A stretch of 64,000 bases of DNA from Candidatus Krumholzibacteriota bacterium (GCA_024275485.1 JAJRZA010000033.1:26487-90486); one strand, 5' to 3'; numbered from the stretch's first letter, positions 1 to 10,204 are shown. Made by a program: numbers and translations. Notes: generated by a model not told the origin, from the sequence alone.

Positions 1-756
1 CTGGCCACCAGGGCTTCGGATCGCAAAACCGCAAAACGGGCCTGCAGAGTCTGGTCCGGGTCCAGGATAAATTTTCCGGTGATGCCATCCACAGCCACCA
101 TGCGGCCAGCCTCCAGCCCTGCCAGGCACCCCTTCAGGCCCACCACCGCCGGCACACCGATGGAACGGGCCAAGATGGCCACGTGACCGGTGTTGCCACC
201 CTCTTCCATGAGGAAACCCAACACATTGTTTCGCCCCAGAACCGCCGTGTCACTGGGAGTAAGATTGACCGCGACAATCACCGATGGTTGTTCAGGCAGA
301 TCCAGGGCGTTGTCCATTTCGCCAAGAAAAGCCCGCAGAACCCTTTGTTCCACATCCTGCAGGTCAATGACCCGCTCCCTGAAAGTCTCGTCTTCAATTT
401 CCAGAAATCGGGTAGCAATATTCCCCACCGCCCTGGAGAATGCAGCCTCGGCGTTGATGCGCTCCAGGCGGATGACGGCCAGGGTGGCGTCCCATACCAT
501 TTCGTCTTCCAGGATGAGCAACTGTGAAGAAAGAATTTCCGCTTCTTCTGGCCCCAATTCGCAGCTGAGCCTGGCCACCAGATCTTCGATCTGGGAACGG
601 GCCATTCCAACGGCATCCTTGAATCGTTTTATTTCGGCAGGAATAGCCTTGTCCGACACAGGTCTCCGTTCGGGCACAATGGATCGGCGGCGCAAGGGAT
701 GCACAGGCCCACAGGCAAATCCAGGAGAAGCTGCAATTCCGGAGAAGGTATCCATG
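1..756 (-). CDS. ptsI: Phosphoenolpyruvate-protein phosphotransferase (PTS enzyme I), N-terminal part; the gene runs off the window edge
   Basis: The reverse-strand translation starts MDTFSGIAASPGF and contains the phosphohistidine-domain motif GGNTGHVAILARSIGVPAVVG. Its ATG at 756 overlaps the HPr stop. Confidence 0.8.
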
Positions 757-757
757 C

Positions 758-1060
758 TTATGAGGTGGCTTCCGGTTTTTGGAGTTGGGTGGCTTCCGGG
801 TGGGCCAGATCGATCTCAATCAGCTGCAAGATGCCCGCCAGGGCTTCTGATTCGTCTGCGCCTTCGACTTCGACTTCCACAGTGGTTCCAAATTCCGCAG
901 CCAGGCTGGCCAGGCCCATAATACTTTTGGCATTGGCCGAACGGCCGTTGTACCGAATGGTTACATCACTGGCAAAGGTCTTGGTCAATTTCACAATACG
1001 GCCGGCTGCTCGGAGGTGGAAACCCACAGGATCCGACACTACGGCGGGTGCTGTTTTCAA
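758..1060 (-). CDS. ptsH: Phosphocarrier protein HPr with His15 and Ser46 contexts present
   Basis: A TTG start with AGGA upstream gives MKTAPAVVSDPVGFHLRAAGRIV (active His) and NAKSIMGLASLAA (regulatory Ser). The track ORF 758..1357 is longer because of an upstream in-frame alternative start. Confidence 0.75.
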   Translation of the reverse strand: MKTAPAVVSDPVGFHLRAAGRIVKLTKTFASDVTIRYNGRSANAKSIMGLASLAAEFGTTVEVEVEGADESEALAGILQLIEIDLAHPEATQLQKPEATS

Positions 1061-1107
1061 GACTTGTATTCCTTGTTGGACGGATGAATGACTAGTAGGC
1101 ACATAAT

Positions 1108-1908
1108 TTAGTGTCCAGAAGGCCAGATGGCAAAAGACAGTAATAGCGAAAGGCCCAGGGCCAGCACCATCAACCCTTCTCCAGGTAGCCTTTTGCGGAC
1201 CAAAAGGGGCAACCCCAGCCCCAGGGCGACTCCAGCCCACAAGGTGCTTTTTCCTGCTGCGAGGTGAACAGTGGAGACCCGGGCAAGGAAAAAGCCCGCT
1301 ACCAGTCCTGTCAGGAGCATGGCGAAACGCCCCATCCAAAGAATGGCCCGGTGCCAATGCGGGCTACGCAGGAGTTGCGTGATATCCAGTCCCATTTCGA
1401 ATCCCCTGCCCAATGCCCACCAACGCAGCCAAAGCTGTCCCATGGCAAAAAAGGCCACCGTAAAAAGAATGCCCAACTGCAACCCATGAAGCCCCATGAG
1501 GCAAATGACCATAATCAAGGCCGGACGCAACCCCAGCCAAAAGAGCTGATCACCAAGGGAAGCGAATGTTCGTCCCAGACTGTCCCGATAGGTGGCAATC
1601 AGCCCAGGAGGCAACTCGGTTCCCCGAGACCTCTCATATTCCAGTCGAATCAGGCCACCGATGAGAAAATTGGCAAAATAGGGATTTGTGTTGAAGAATA
1701 CATAGTAGCGTCGGCAAAACAAGCGATCCTGAGTGATATCCCTGAGTTGGGTGCGCCGAAAAGGCAACAGGGAGCTGAGCAAACCAAGGTTTTGCATGCG
1801 CTGACTGTTCCAACTGGCCTGCAGAGCCAGGGTGCGAAGAAAAACCCTCAGTCGCAACAACCAGCTCATCTTTTTCCGTGGGTCGAAACCACAGCCCTTT
1901 GGCATCAT
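1108..1908 (-). CDS. PTS mannose/fructose/sorbose family IID component
   Basis: Contains MSWLLRLRVFLRTLALQASWNSQRMQNLG, typical of IID N-termini, and multiple TM segments. Confidence 0.8.
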   Translation of the reverse strand: MMPKGCGFDPRKKMSWLLRLRVFLRTLALQASWNSQRMQNLGLLSSLLPFRRTQLRDITQDRLFCRRYYVFFNTNPYFANFLIGGLIRLEYERSRGTELPPGLIATYRDSLGRTFASLGDQLFWLGLRPALIMVICLMGLHGLQLGILFTVAFFAMGQLWLRWWALGRGFEMGLDITQLLRSPHWHRAILWMGRFAMLLTGLVAGFFLARVSTVHLAAGKSTLWAGVALGLGLPLLVRKRLPGEGLMVLALGLSLLLSFAIWPSGH

Positions 1909-2660
1909 ATGCCCATCCCCAATCGGGTGGCGGCCAAGGCCAGAAATACACCACCGAGAACCCAGGCCCAGGCCTTGCCGGTGCCATAACGATCAATGAG
2001 GGTCCCCAAACCAAGCCCGGGCAAAAGCCAGGGTAAAATGGCCAGGGTGTGATGCATCCGGCTGGGAAGTACTTCGTACAGCGGAATCCAGAATTTCAGA
2101 AGCAGGAGCAGAAACAGGGTGGTGAACAAACTACCTCGCAAAAAGGTGCCGGCCAGGCATCTGGCCTGGATTCTGGCCATCCGCCCAAGATTGCCGTCCC
2201 GCAGCGTTCGATGACCTTCGAGCATCCAGGGCACATGGGCCCGCCGCTCGGCCTGCACAATAAAATGTCCAGCGGCACTCAACAATCCGGCGGCCAGAAT
2301 CATCCAGCCGGTAAAACCAAAATCGGCGGAAGCCACTTCGGTAAGGGCCCGGGTCAAACTTTCCCCCGAAAGGACTGTAGAGCCAACAGCGGCCACCACG
2401 GCAACGGAGGGATCGCCGGTGAAACTTTGCCCCACCGGCAGGTTGACCACCAGAATAAGCTGAAGCGGCAATCCGATGGCCAGACCCGTGAGTGGATCGC
2501 CACAGAAAAAACCACTCAACAGAGCTGCGGGAAGAGGTTGGCTGAACCAGGTTTGGCCCAAGGCCACATCGTCCAATGCCAAAAGCCCTGCCAACAGGGC
2601 AAGCAGGGCCAGAGAGGTGAAGGGGTATTCCGGAACCAAGGTCAAGGCCAGCCAGGGCAT
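1905..2660 (-). CDS. PTS mannose family IIC component
   Basis: Polytopic membrane protein whose stop overlaps the IID start; its position between IIB and IID matches the usual operon order. Confidence 0.75.
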   Translation of the reverse strand: MPWLALTLVPEYPFTSLALLALLAGLLALDDVALGQTWFSQPLPAALLSGFFCGDPLTGLAIGLPLQLILVVNLPVGQSFTGDPSVAVVAAVGSTVLSGESLTRALTEVASADFGFTGWMILAAGLLSAAGHFIVQAERRAHVPWMLEGHRTLRDGNLGRMARIQARCLAGTFLRGSLFTTLFLLLLLKFWIPLYEVLPSRMHHTLAILPWLLPGLGLGTLIDRYGTGKAWAWVLGGVFLALAATRLGMGI

Positions 2661-3157
2661 CAGAATTGGACCTCCATTTCATCCAGGTCCGACAGATCAA
2701 TGTTGTGCTCAAGTCCCCCGGGAACCTGCTGGGCGGAAAGCTTGATTCCCTTTTGAAGGAGTTGTCGCAATGGGATAAAGTCCTGGTGACCGAGATAGAC
2801 GAATGGCAACATCTCCTTTTTACCAGGTCCAAAATGCAAGCCGCCCACGTTGACTTCACTCAAGGTAACTCCGATGCCGGCCAAGCCCGCCATTTCGCCG
2901 GTTGAACCGGTCAGAAGGATGGTCTTTTCCGAGCTGTTATCTGGATTCCGGAGAAATGCAGCCGCCTCGGCAAGGGACAAAATGGAAACCGCAATCACGG
3001 GCGAGACGCTGCTGGCATAGACCTGACATTGCCAATCATCGGCGGCAATTTCGTTGTTGGCCAACAAAATACGGTCTGGTTTGAGATGAGTGGCCCAACC
3101 AACGGTCACCTGACCGTGGATCAGACGATCGTCAATTCGGGCCAGAAGAAGGGGCAT
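2660..3157 (-). CDS. PTS mannose family IIB component
   Basis: The N-terminal motif ARIDDRLIHGQV carries the phospho-His of EIIB-Man. Confidence 0.85.
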   Translation of the reverse strand: MPLLLARIDDRLIHGQVTVGWATHLKPDRILLANNEIAADDWQCQVYASSVSPVIAVSILSLAEAAAFLRNPDNSSEKTILLTGSTGEMAGLAGIGVTLSEVNVGGLHFGPGKKEMLPFVYLGHQDFIPLRQLLQKGIKLSAQQVPGGLEHNIDLSDLDEMEVQF

Positions 3158-3588
3158 CAGCGAGCTCCCACCACTGTGATGGCTTCCCGACCTTTTTGAA
3201 CCACCTTGCGCACCAGTTCATCAAAGTCACTGGTGTCACGCCAAGTCACCAGGCCGAGTATCATTGCCAGATTCACACCGCTGATGACTGCGACCCTACT
3301 GCGCCCCTGGGCAGCCAGTTGGGCTGCTGTGGCACAGCTCCCTCCGTAATCATCAATCAGGATAAGGCACCGACAACCCGGTTGGGAATTCCCATCGGTT
3401 TCATCGGGGCCATCATCCAACCAGGTGGATATTTCCCTGGTGATGTCCGGTGCGGACTTTCCGCTGTTGGTCATGGCGTCAAGATTTTCGGTGGGCCCGA
3501 GAATCATCTCCACCACTTCTTTCAATTCGATCCCGATTTTCCCATGGGTGATGACCAAGGCTCGGGTAGGTGCCTCAAGGTGAATCAT
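3157..3588 (-). CDS. PTS mannose family IIA component
   Basis: The N-terminus ALVITHGKIGIELKEVVEMI matches EIIA-Man. Confidence 0.75.
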   Translation of the reverse strand: MIHLEAPTRALVITHGKIGIELKEVVEMILGPTENLDAMTNSGKSAPDITREISTWLDDGPDETDGNSQPGCRCLILIDDYGGSCATAAQLAAQGRSRVAVISGVNLAMILGLVTWRDTSDFDELVRKVVQKGREAITVVGAR

Positions 3589-3589
3589 C

Positions 3590-4558
3590 TCACTCCGGAT
3601 CCTGCTGCAAATAATTACGCAGCCGGTGACTGGTTCTCATGGTTTCAACAATGCGGTCATTCAAAACCTGGGCAGCGTCGTAACCATAAATTTTAAGCAT
3701 GAAATTCAGGGCGATAACTTCGCTGATAACGGTGATGTTCTTGCCTGGAAAAAGCGGCACGATGACCTGGGGGATTTTGACCCCCAGAATATCCTTGTAC
3801 CTGGTGTCCATGCCAACACGTTCATAGTCGAAGGAGTCATCCCACTCCTGAAGCTGGACCTCGACTTCGATTCTCTTTTGCATGCGAACGGCCCGGATAC
3901 CAAAAATTGCCTGCACATCAATAGGGCCTATGCCCCGTATTTCCAGATTGTGGCGCAGGACCTCACGGTATCGTCCAATCAAGACATCTTCCGCGGTGCA
4001 GGTAATTTCGACCATATCATCGGCCACCAGGCGATGGCCCCGCTCGATGAGATCCAGGGCACACTCGGATTTGCCAATGCCGCTGCGACCGGTAAAAAGC
4101 AATCCCACTCCATAAACATCCACCAGGGTGCCATGGGCTTCGGTAGAGGGTTGTAAGGCAATTCCCAGGAATTGGTTGAGTCCGATGATGAGATCAAATG
4201 CCGGCAGAGAAGACTTGATAACAGGGATATGGTGCTCCTGCACAAGCCGCCTGACCGAAGGTGTAAGATCCTGGTTGCAGGCCAGGAAGATCACCGGCGG
4301 CTTGAGGGCCAAAACCCGCCCCATGGCAAGCATTTGATCATCTTCACTGAGGGTCTCAAGGAAAGAGTTCTCCGATTCCCCGATAACCTGAATCCGGTTG
4401 GTCTGGAAATTTTCCACATAGCCCATCAAGGCCATGCCCGGGCGATGCACGTCCCGGGCATGGATGGGAATTTGTCTTTCAGGACAGTCGCCCAGAAATT
4501 CCAGTTCAAGGGATTTCCGCAGCTGCTGATGGAGACCATGTACGGTCACTTTGAGCAT
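3590..4558 (-). CDS. hprK: HPr kinase/phosphorylase
   Basis: Contains the P-loop GRSGIGKSE and the N-terminus MLKVTVHGL. The start is set at the internal Met matching the family N-terminus; the track ORF extends 19 codons upstream. Confidence 0.85.
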   Translation of the reverse strand: MLKVTVHGLHQQLRKSLELEFLGDCPERQIPIHARDVHRPGMALMGYVENFQTNRIQVIGESENSFLETLSEDDQMLAMGRVLALKPPVIFLACNQDLTPSVRRLVQEHHIPVIKSSLPAFDLIIGLNQFLGIALQPSTEAHGTLVDVYGVGLLFTGRSGIGKSECALDLIERGHRLVADDMVEITCTAEDVLIGRYREVLRHNLEIRGIGPIDVQAIFGIRAVRMQKRIEVEVQLQEWDDSFDYERVGMDTRYKDILGVKIPQVIVPLFPGKNITVISEVIALNFMLKIYGYDAAQVLNDRIVETMRTSHRLRNYLQQDPE

Positions 4559-4571
4559 AACAACCTCTAGC

Positions 4572-5102
4572 CTAGTCGTTGTTGCTTTCCATGTGGCCGA
4601 GACCACCATCTCCACGACGGTAGATCACACCCACGCGACTGGTATCGATATTGCGGAAAACCAGGAAAGGCAAGTCGGCCCCATTGAAAGCGTCTTTGGC
4701 TCCTGCCACATCCATATCCCGCAGGACAAAACCCTCAGGGTCAGCTTCTTCATCACCGACAAACGTTTCACCGTCGATCATGGCTTTACCCAGACCGCCA
4801 CCTTCACCCTTTTGCTTGCCGCTGATTTTGCCTTTGAATTTGGCCAGCTGCTTGCGAAGGCTTTCCACCATTTCGACGACACTGATTTCGGGTTCACGAC
4901 CTTCGCCACTGGCCCGAAATTCATTGTTTTTAAGGTATAAAACACCATCCGCGGTAAAAACCCCGGCTTCGTGATTGATGGTCAATTTCATGGATTGAAC
5001 AGGACGTGGACTGAAGCGTTCAAGCTTGTCGATGGCTTCTTCCACCATGGCTTCCTGATCTTCACCCAAATTGAAGTGACGAGTAATGATTTCCTTTTGC
5101 AT
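4572..5102 (-). CDS. hpf: Ribosome hibernation promoting factor, long form (sigma-54 modulation protein)
   Basis: The N-terminus MQKEIITRHFNLGEDQEAMVEEAIDKL and its position just downstream of rpoN identify it. Confidence 0.85.
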   Translation of the reverse strand: MQKEIITRHFNLGEDQEAMVEEAIDKLERFSPRPVQSMKLTINHEAGVFTADGVLYLKNNEFRASGEGREPEISVVEMVESLRKQLAKFKGKISGKQKGEGGGLGKAMIDGETFVGDEEADPEGFVLRDMDVAGAKDAFNGADLPFLVFRNIDTSRVGVIYRRGDGGLGHMESNND

Positions 5103-5147
5103 GGAATCCTCCTCTTTTCGGATTACTTCCGAACACGTTGGCAGGCT

Positions 5148-6554
5148 CTAGAACTGCTTGCGCATGCGCGCACTCAGGATGCCCATCTGCTCACGGTACT
5201 TGGCTACGGTTCTACGTGCAATCTTAAGATTTTTTTCCTGAAGCATATCGACGATTTTCTTGTCGCTTAGAGGTTTGCCCGGGTTTTCACTGCCGACGAT
5301 GTCCTGGATCATGACCTTGACCGCCTTGGCACTGATTTCGCCTTCGCTTCCACTGCTGTCCAAACCGGCACTGAAGAAGAACTTGAGCGAAAAAACACCC
5401 CTTGGCGTCTGCACGTATTTCTGCCGGGTTACCCGTGAGACCGTACTTTCGTGCATCCCGATAACCGAAGCAACCTGCTGCAATGTCAGCGGCCGCAGGG
5501 CAATGGCGCCCTTCTCGAAAAAATCATGTTGCTCTGCAACAATGGCCTCCATGACCTTGATCATGGTGCGCCGACGCTGCTCGATGGTTTTGATCACCCA
5601 TTCGGCATGGCTTTTTTTATCATTGATGAATTTGACGTCGTCTTCATTGGTGCCGGTCTTGCCTTCGTACGCTTTGCTGACCCGCAGGCGTGGAAGATTG
5701 GAATCGTTGAGGTGAACGGCGTATATATCCTTATTCTCATCCACCTTCACCACCTCAAGATCCGGAGTAATGGCCCGGGCCCCATCGGCGCCGGTGCTCA
5801 ATCCGGGCCGGGGATCCAATTCGCCGATGCTCTGGGCAATTTCCTGGACCTGCTTGGGAGTGATTTTCATCTCCCGGGCGATATCGCTGAACTTGCGATT
5901 TTTTAGGGACTCAAAATGATGCTTGATGATGTGGGCTTCATCGGAATCCCCAAGACCATTAGCTTCCAATTGCAACAACAAGCACTCGGGGATATCCCTG
6001 GCCCCCACTCCCGGAGGATCAAAGCCCTGAATAATTTTCAGGACACCTTCGACCACCTCGTCATCCACTTCGAAAAATGCCGCAATTTCCGGCACCGGGC
6101 AGGCAAGCATACCATCTGCCCCGAGGCAGCCGATGATGTATTCACCAATGGTCCGGTTCTTTCCCTCGGGCATGGACAATTGAAGTTGTTCGGTGAGATC
6201 CTCCTGTCCCGTCGGGATGTATTTCTGGGGACGCTCCAACTCGTCTTCTTCGTCATAGCCGCGTTCGTTGGTCATGCCCCGGAAGCCATCGTCGAAGCTG
6301 TCGCCCCAGTCACGGTCTTCGTTCTGGGGTTCAGGATCCTTTTCGCGTTCGGTATCATCGGCCTGACGCACGGCTTCATCAAGTTCGGTGGCGTCTTCAA
6401 TTTCTTCGTCCCCGTCGATTTCTTCCAACAGGGGGTTTTCCACCAGCTCCTTGCGCAGGATTTGCTCCAGTTCCAAGGTAGGCACCTGCAGCAACTTCAA
6501 CGCCTGCTGCAACCGCTGGGTCATGACGATATTCTGGGTCTGTTTCAGCCCCAT
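5148..6554 (-). CDS. rpoN: RNA polymerase sigma-54 factor
   Basis: Region I reads MGLKQTQNIVMTQRLQQALKLLQVPTLELEQ and the C-terminal part reads ARRTVAKYREQMGI, the RpoN box region. Confidence 0.9.
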   Translation of the reverse strand: MGLKQTQNIVMTQRLQQALKLLQVPTLELEQILRKELVENPLLEEIDGDEEIEDATELDEAVRQADDTEREKDPEPQNEDRDWGDSFDDGFRGMTNERGYDEEDELERPQKYIPTGQEDLTEQLQLSMPEGKNRTIGEYIIGCLGADGMLACPVPEIAAFFEVDDEVVEGVLKIIQGFDPPGVGARDIPECLLLQLEANGLGDSDEAHIIKHHFESLKNRKFSDIAREMKITPKQVQEIAQSIGELDPRPGLSTGADGARAITPDLEVVKVDENKDIYAVHLNDSNLPRLRVSKAYEGKTGTNEDDVKFINDKKSHAEWVIKTIEQRRRTMIKVMEAIVAEQHDFFEKGAIALRPLTLQQVASVIGMHESTVSRVTRQKYVQTPRGVFSLKFFFSAGLDSSGSEGEISAKAVKVMIQDIVGSENPGKPLSDKKIVDMLQEKNLKIARRTVAKYREQMGILSARMRKQF

Positions 6555-6641
6555 ATGGAGCCCGATTTTGGCCACGGTATTACCTTTCCAACAGTATGCT
6601 AAGGGCCAAGGGATTCATCCCGGACCATCATTTCCTACCCA

Positions 6642-7388
6642 CTACAAACGAAACGACTCGCCAAGATAAAGGGCTCGAGCCTTATCCGAGGCGACGATTT
6701 CTTCGGCATTGCCGGACAGCTCTATTTTTCCCTCAAAGAGGATGTAGGCCCGGTCGGTGATATTGAGGGTTTCACGCACATTGTGGTCTGTGATCAGGAT
6801 ACCGATACCCTGATCGCGCAACTGGCTGACCGCCGATTGCAAATCAGCCACGGCGATGGGATCGATGCCTGCAAAAGGTTCATCCAGAAGAATGAATTTG
6901 GGCCTGGTGACCAGCGCCCGGGCGATCTCCACCCTGCGCCTCTCACCACCGGAAAGCTGGTAGCCAAAACTTTTGCGGATGTTGGTCACGCCCATCATTT
7001 CCAGCAATTCATCCAGGCGCTCGTTCCGCTCGCTGCGTTTCATTTTCATGCTTTGTAGAATGGCCATGAGGTTTTGTTCCACCGTCAACTGGCGGAAGAT
7101 GCTGCTTTCCTGCGGTAGGTAACCAATGCCCTTGCGAGCACGTTTGTACATGGGAAGTCGGGAAATATTTTGGTCATTGAGGAACACCTGGCCCTTATCG
7201 GGAGAAATGAAGCCGACGATCATGTAGAAACTTGTGGTCTTGCCGGCACCATTGGGCCCGAGCAATCCCACCACTTCCCCCTGCTCCAGCTGCAAATCAA
7301 CACCGTCCACCACAGCCCGGCCACGATAGACTTTACGCAAACCCTCGGCTCGTAGAATATGGTTCTGAATATTCTGACTGTCTGTCAC
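6642..7388 (-). CDS. lptB: LPS export ABC transporter ATP-binding protein
   Basis: Has Walker A GPNGAGKTT, signature LSGGERRRVEIARAL and Walker B ILLDEPFAGID, and sits immediately upstream of rpoN. Confidence 0.9.
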   Translation of the reverse strand: MTDSQNIQNHILRAEGLRKVYRGRAVVDGVDLQLEQGEVVGLLGPNGAGKTTSFYMIVGFISPDKGQVFLNDQNISRLPMYKRARKGIGYLPQESSIFRQLTVEQNLMAILQSMKMKRSERNERLDELLEMMGVTNIRKSFGYQLSGGERRRVEIARALVTRPKFILLDEPFAGIDPIAVADLQSAVSQLRDQGIGILITDHNVRETLNITDRAYILFEGKIELSGNAEEIVASDKARALYLGESFRL

Positions 7389-8038
7389 CTGGCTTCACCT
7401 TCTGGGTTCTCGCAGTCGCTCTTGCTATCCACGACATCGGCTTCGACCTGTCGTTTAATCTCAATGTACTCCAGATCCGGTGTGGCCTCCAGTCCGATTC
7501 CCTCGATGACATCATCTCCCCGCGTGAATCGATCGAAGACATCGTTGTGGATGAGTTGCCTTTCGTTGTCGAAATAAAGCTCTTCGGTTTCCAGCCGGCG
7601 ACCGTCGTCGGTCACAACCACCACGTTTCCCCAGGTGAAAATGTCATGTGTCTGCAGGTTTGCCCGACCACTGTCCGAAGTGAGTGTAGAGAAGTGGTTT
7701 CCTTCCTTGAAAAAATCCAGGTGCACGGTGATTAACTCCGCGTCACGCTGTCCGGAATATTTGTTCATCAGGTCACTTTCCAGCACCCATTGGCGAACTC
7801 CGGCACTGGATTCAACCAAATGGTAATCAAAAATCTGCTGGATGGGCTTTTCGATTTTTTGCGCTTCATTTTCGGAAGTGTCCACCACCATGTCCGGGGC
7901 ACCATCAGGTTCCCCACGGCAGCCGCCAAGAGCGACAACAGAAACAAGGGCGACTATAATAACTAGGGCCACCAGGACAGCGCCTGCAAAGTTGGAGGAA
8001 TTTCTTAGGGTTGCCATGTTATACACCATGTTTCCCAT
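7385..8038 (-). CDS. lptC: LptC-family LPS export protein (N-terminal TM anchor plus beta-jellyroll)
   Basis: An N-terminal TM segment is followed by NVVVVTDDGRRLETEELYFDNERQLIHNDVFDRFTRGDDVIEGIGLEA, an LptC-like pattern. The start is set at the Met abutting the lpxL stop. No separate lptA lies between it and lptB. Confidence 0.6.
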   Translation of the reverse strand: MGNMVYNMATLRNSSNFAGAVLVALVIIVALVSVVALGGCRGEPDGAPDMVVDTSENEAQKIEKPIQQIFDYHLVESSAGVRQWVLESDLMNKYSGQRDAELITVHLDFFKEGNHFSTLTSDSGRANLQTHDIFTWGNVVVVTDDGRRLETEELYFDNERQLIHNDVFDRFTRGDDVIEGIGLEATPDLEYIEIKRQVEADVVDSKSDCENPEGEAR

Positions 8039-9126
8039 TACAAGGGAGGCGATTGATTGCGTTCGGGCCAGCGTTGATGAAACCAAACCCACTCGGCCGG
8101 GTTCCGACGAATAAATTTTTCCAGACTCCTGTTGCACCAGAGCAGCAAATCCGCCAGGGCATCTGCGTCATCACCACCGGATTCTTCCGGTAGCCAGGCA
8201 ATACCGCGCCTCACTTCGTGACCCTGGCCTTTGCGGGCCAGGACCACCGGCAGAACGGGAATTCCGTAACGCAGGACAATACGGGCAAAACCCACCGGAG
8301 TTGGCGCCTCCTGCCCAAAAAACGGGATCGGAAGGTTCTCAACCCTGGTATTCTGGTCCAACAATACCGCAGCCACACCTCCGCTTTGCAAATGTCGAAG
8401 CAAAGGCACTGCTCCGCCACTTCGCGCAAGGACTTTCATGCCCAGAGACCTGCGGCGTTCCTGAACCAATTGATCCACCGGTTCGTTATGGATACTACCG
8501 GTGACCACCGCCAGCTGCCCCAACCCTGCCCTGGAAACGGATGCAGCCAACCAGCCCCCCAACAATTCCCAACAGCCCAGATGTCCGGTTAGAATCAAGA
8601 CCCCACGGCCACCCTGGGAGAGTTTCTGAAGTTCTTGCATCAGACCAGGGCCATCGCCGTGGTCTTCTTCCTGAACCAGTTGTCCCAGCCGCAACAACGC
8701 CGGTGCGGCGAGAGTATCATGAAAATTCTCTCCCAAAGCCGGAACGGAAGCGTCAAAGATATTTTGTCTGGCCTGAGAATCCAGCTCGGGAAACGCCCTG
8801 GCCAAATTCGACAACGCCCTTTGACGATCTTCTGGCCGGAGGCGTGCACCGATGCGCGCCAGAAACCTGCCCAGCCGGCGACCATTCTCCAGCGAAATTC
8901 GCTCCGCACCCCAAAGCACGGAAACCAACAACCGGTGATAGAACCGGCGACGACCCCGGCGCCACCAGGGCAGGGAAGTGGCCAATTCAGAGCTCAATGG
9001 CCCACCTTTCGATAGCAAAAAACTGTCATCCGGATCTAGTTGGGGCCACCGGTCGGGATCCTTGTGAAGCACAAGTTGTGCCAAACGTTCAACCATTGTA
9101 ATAGCAGGGAATTGAGGGGACAACAA
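8038..9126 (-). CDS. Lipid A biosynthesis lauroyl/myristoyl acyltransferase (LpxL/HtrB family)
   Basis: The C-terminal motif PAEWVWFHQRW is typical of the family; the gene sits between kdsD and lptC. Confidence 0.75.
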   Translation of the reverse strand: MLSPQFPAITMVERLAQLVLHKDPDRWPQLDPDDSFLLSKGGPLSSELATSLPWWRRGRRRFYHRLLVSVLWGAERISLENGRRLGRFLARIGARLRPEDRQRALSNLARAFPELDSQARQNIFDASVPALGENFHDTLAAPALLRLGQLVQEEDHGDGPGLMQELQKLSQGGRGVLILTGHLGCWELLGGWLAASVSRAGLGQLAVVTGSIHNEPVDQLVQERRRSLGMKVLARSGGAVPLLRHLQSGGVAAVLLDQNTRVENLPIPFFGQEAPTPVGFARIVLRYGIPVLPVVLARKGQGHEVRRGIAWLPEESGGDDADALADLLLWCNRSLEKFIRRNPAEWVWFHQRWPERNQSPPL

Positions 9127-9184
9127 CAGATTAAAAAGATGCCTTGCATGGGCGTCTCTCCCACGATGCCGGAACTCCTATATC

Positions 9185-10204
9185 TTAAAGGACACCAGCG
9201 CGCAGTACATCGTGGATGTGCAGCAGGCCAAGCGGCCGGTTTTCATCATCTACTACCAGAAGTAGGGTAACGGGACCTTCAGGCCGTTTTTCCATAATCC
9301 GCAGGGCTGTAAAGGCCAGAGTGTCAGGGTCAATGGTGGTCGGATTGGGATTCATGGCCTGGGATATGGGTTGGTCCAGTGCATCTTCCCGTTCCAGGAG
9401 AATGCGTTTGACGTCTCCATCAACACAAAGGCCCGCCAATTTGCCATGGCCGTCAACCACACAAACCCCGCCAAGACGTTTGCCTACAATTTCGGGTAAT
9501 GTTTCCCGCAGGGTAATATTCTGAGCAACCACAGGCAATTCGTCCCCGGTGTGCATCAGGTCCGAAACCTTGATCTGAAGGCGTCGGCCCAGAACTCCGC
9601 TCGGGTGAAAGGCTGCAAAATCTTCGCTGCGAAAACCGCGAAGTTTGATCAAGGCCACCACCAGGGCATCACCCATGGCCATGGCCGCCACTGCGCTGCT
9701 GGTGGGAGTCAAGTCCAGTGGGCAGGCTTCTTTTTCCACGGGAGTATGCAGGACGATGTCACTGACGGTGGCCATCTCGGAGTGGACTCCGGCAGTGATG
9801 GCGATGGCTTTCATGCCATAGGTCCGGCAGCGGGAAATCAAGGATACGACCTCGGAATTGTTGCCGCTGCGACTGAGGGAAATAAGAATGTCATCCTGTC
9901 GAACCACACCCAGGTCGCCGTGAGCGGCCTCCACCGGATGAATAAAATGGCTGGGATTGCCGGTACTGGTCAGGGTAGCGGCCAACTTGCGGGCGACGTT
10001 GCCGGATTTTCCCAACCCGGTAGTCAGGACCCTCCCCTTGCAACCGATGATCAGGCGCACTGCGTCCACAAAGTTATCGTCCAGGCTCTGGCCAACGATC
10101 CGCAGGGTTTCCGCTTCCTGGGCAAAAGTTTCGCGTCCCATGGCAATGATCGCTTCATTGCTGGCGGTTTCTTCGGACATGGGCATACCGGACGGTTCCA
10201 TCAT
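9185..10204 (-). CDS. kdsD: Arabinose-5-phosphate isomerase (SIS domain plus tandem CBS domains)
   Basis: The SIS motif reads GCKGRVLTTGLGKSGNVARKLAATLTSTG, with CBS repeats in the C-terminal part. Confidence 0.85.
   Translation of the reverse strand: MMEPSGMPMSEETASNEAIIAMGRETFAQEAETLRIVGQSLDDNFVDAVRLIIGCKGRVLTTGLGKSGNVARKLAATLTSTGNPSHFIHPVEAAHGDLGVVRQDDILISLSRSGNNSEVVSLISRCRTYGMKAIAITAGVHSEMATVSDIVLHTPVEKEACPLDLTPTSSAVAAMAMGDALVVALIKLRGFRSEDFAAFHPSGVLGRRLQIKVSDLMHTGDELPVVAQNITLRETLPEIVGKRLGGVCVVDGHGKLAGLCVDGDVKRILLEREDALDQPISQAMNPNPTTIDPDTLAFTALRIMEKRPEGPVTLLLVVDDENRPLGLLHIHDVLRAGVL

Noticed and set aside
183-921. Plus-strand ORFs of 114 and 243 aa at the window start
   Set aside because: They are antisense to ptsI and HPr, whose minus-strand translations carry the diagnostic motifs.
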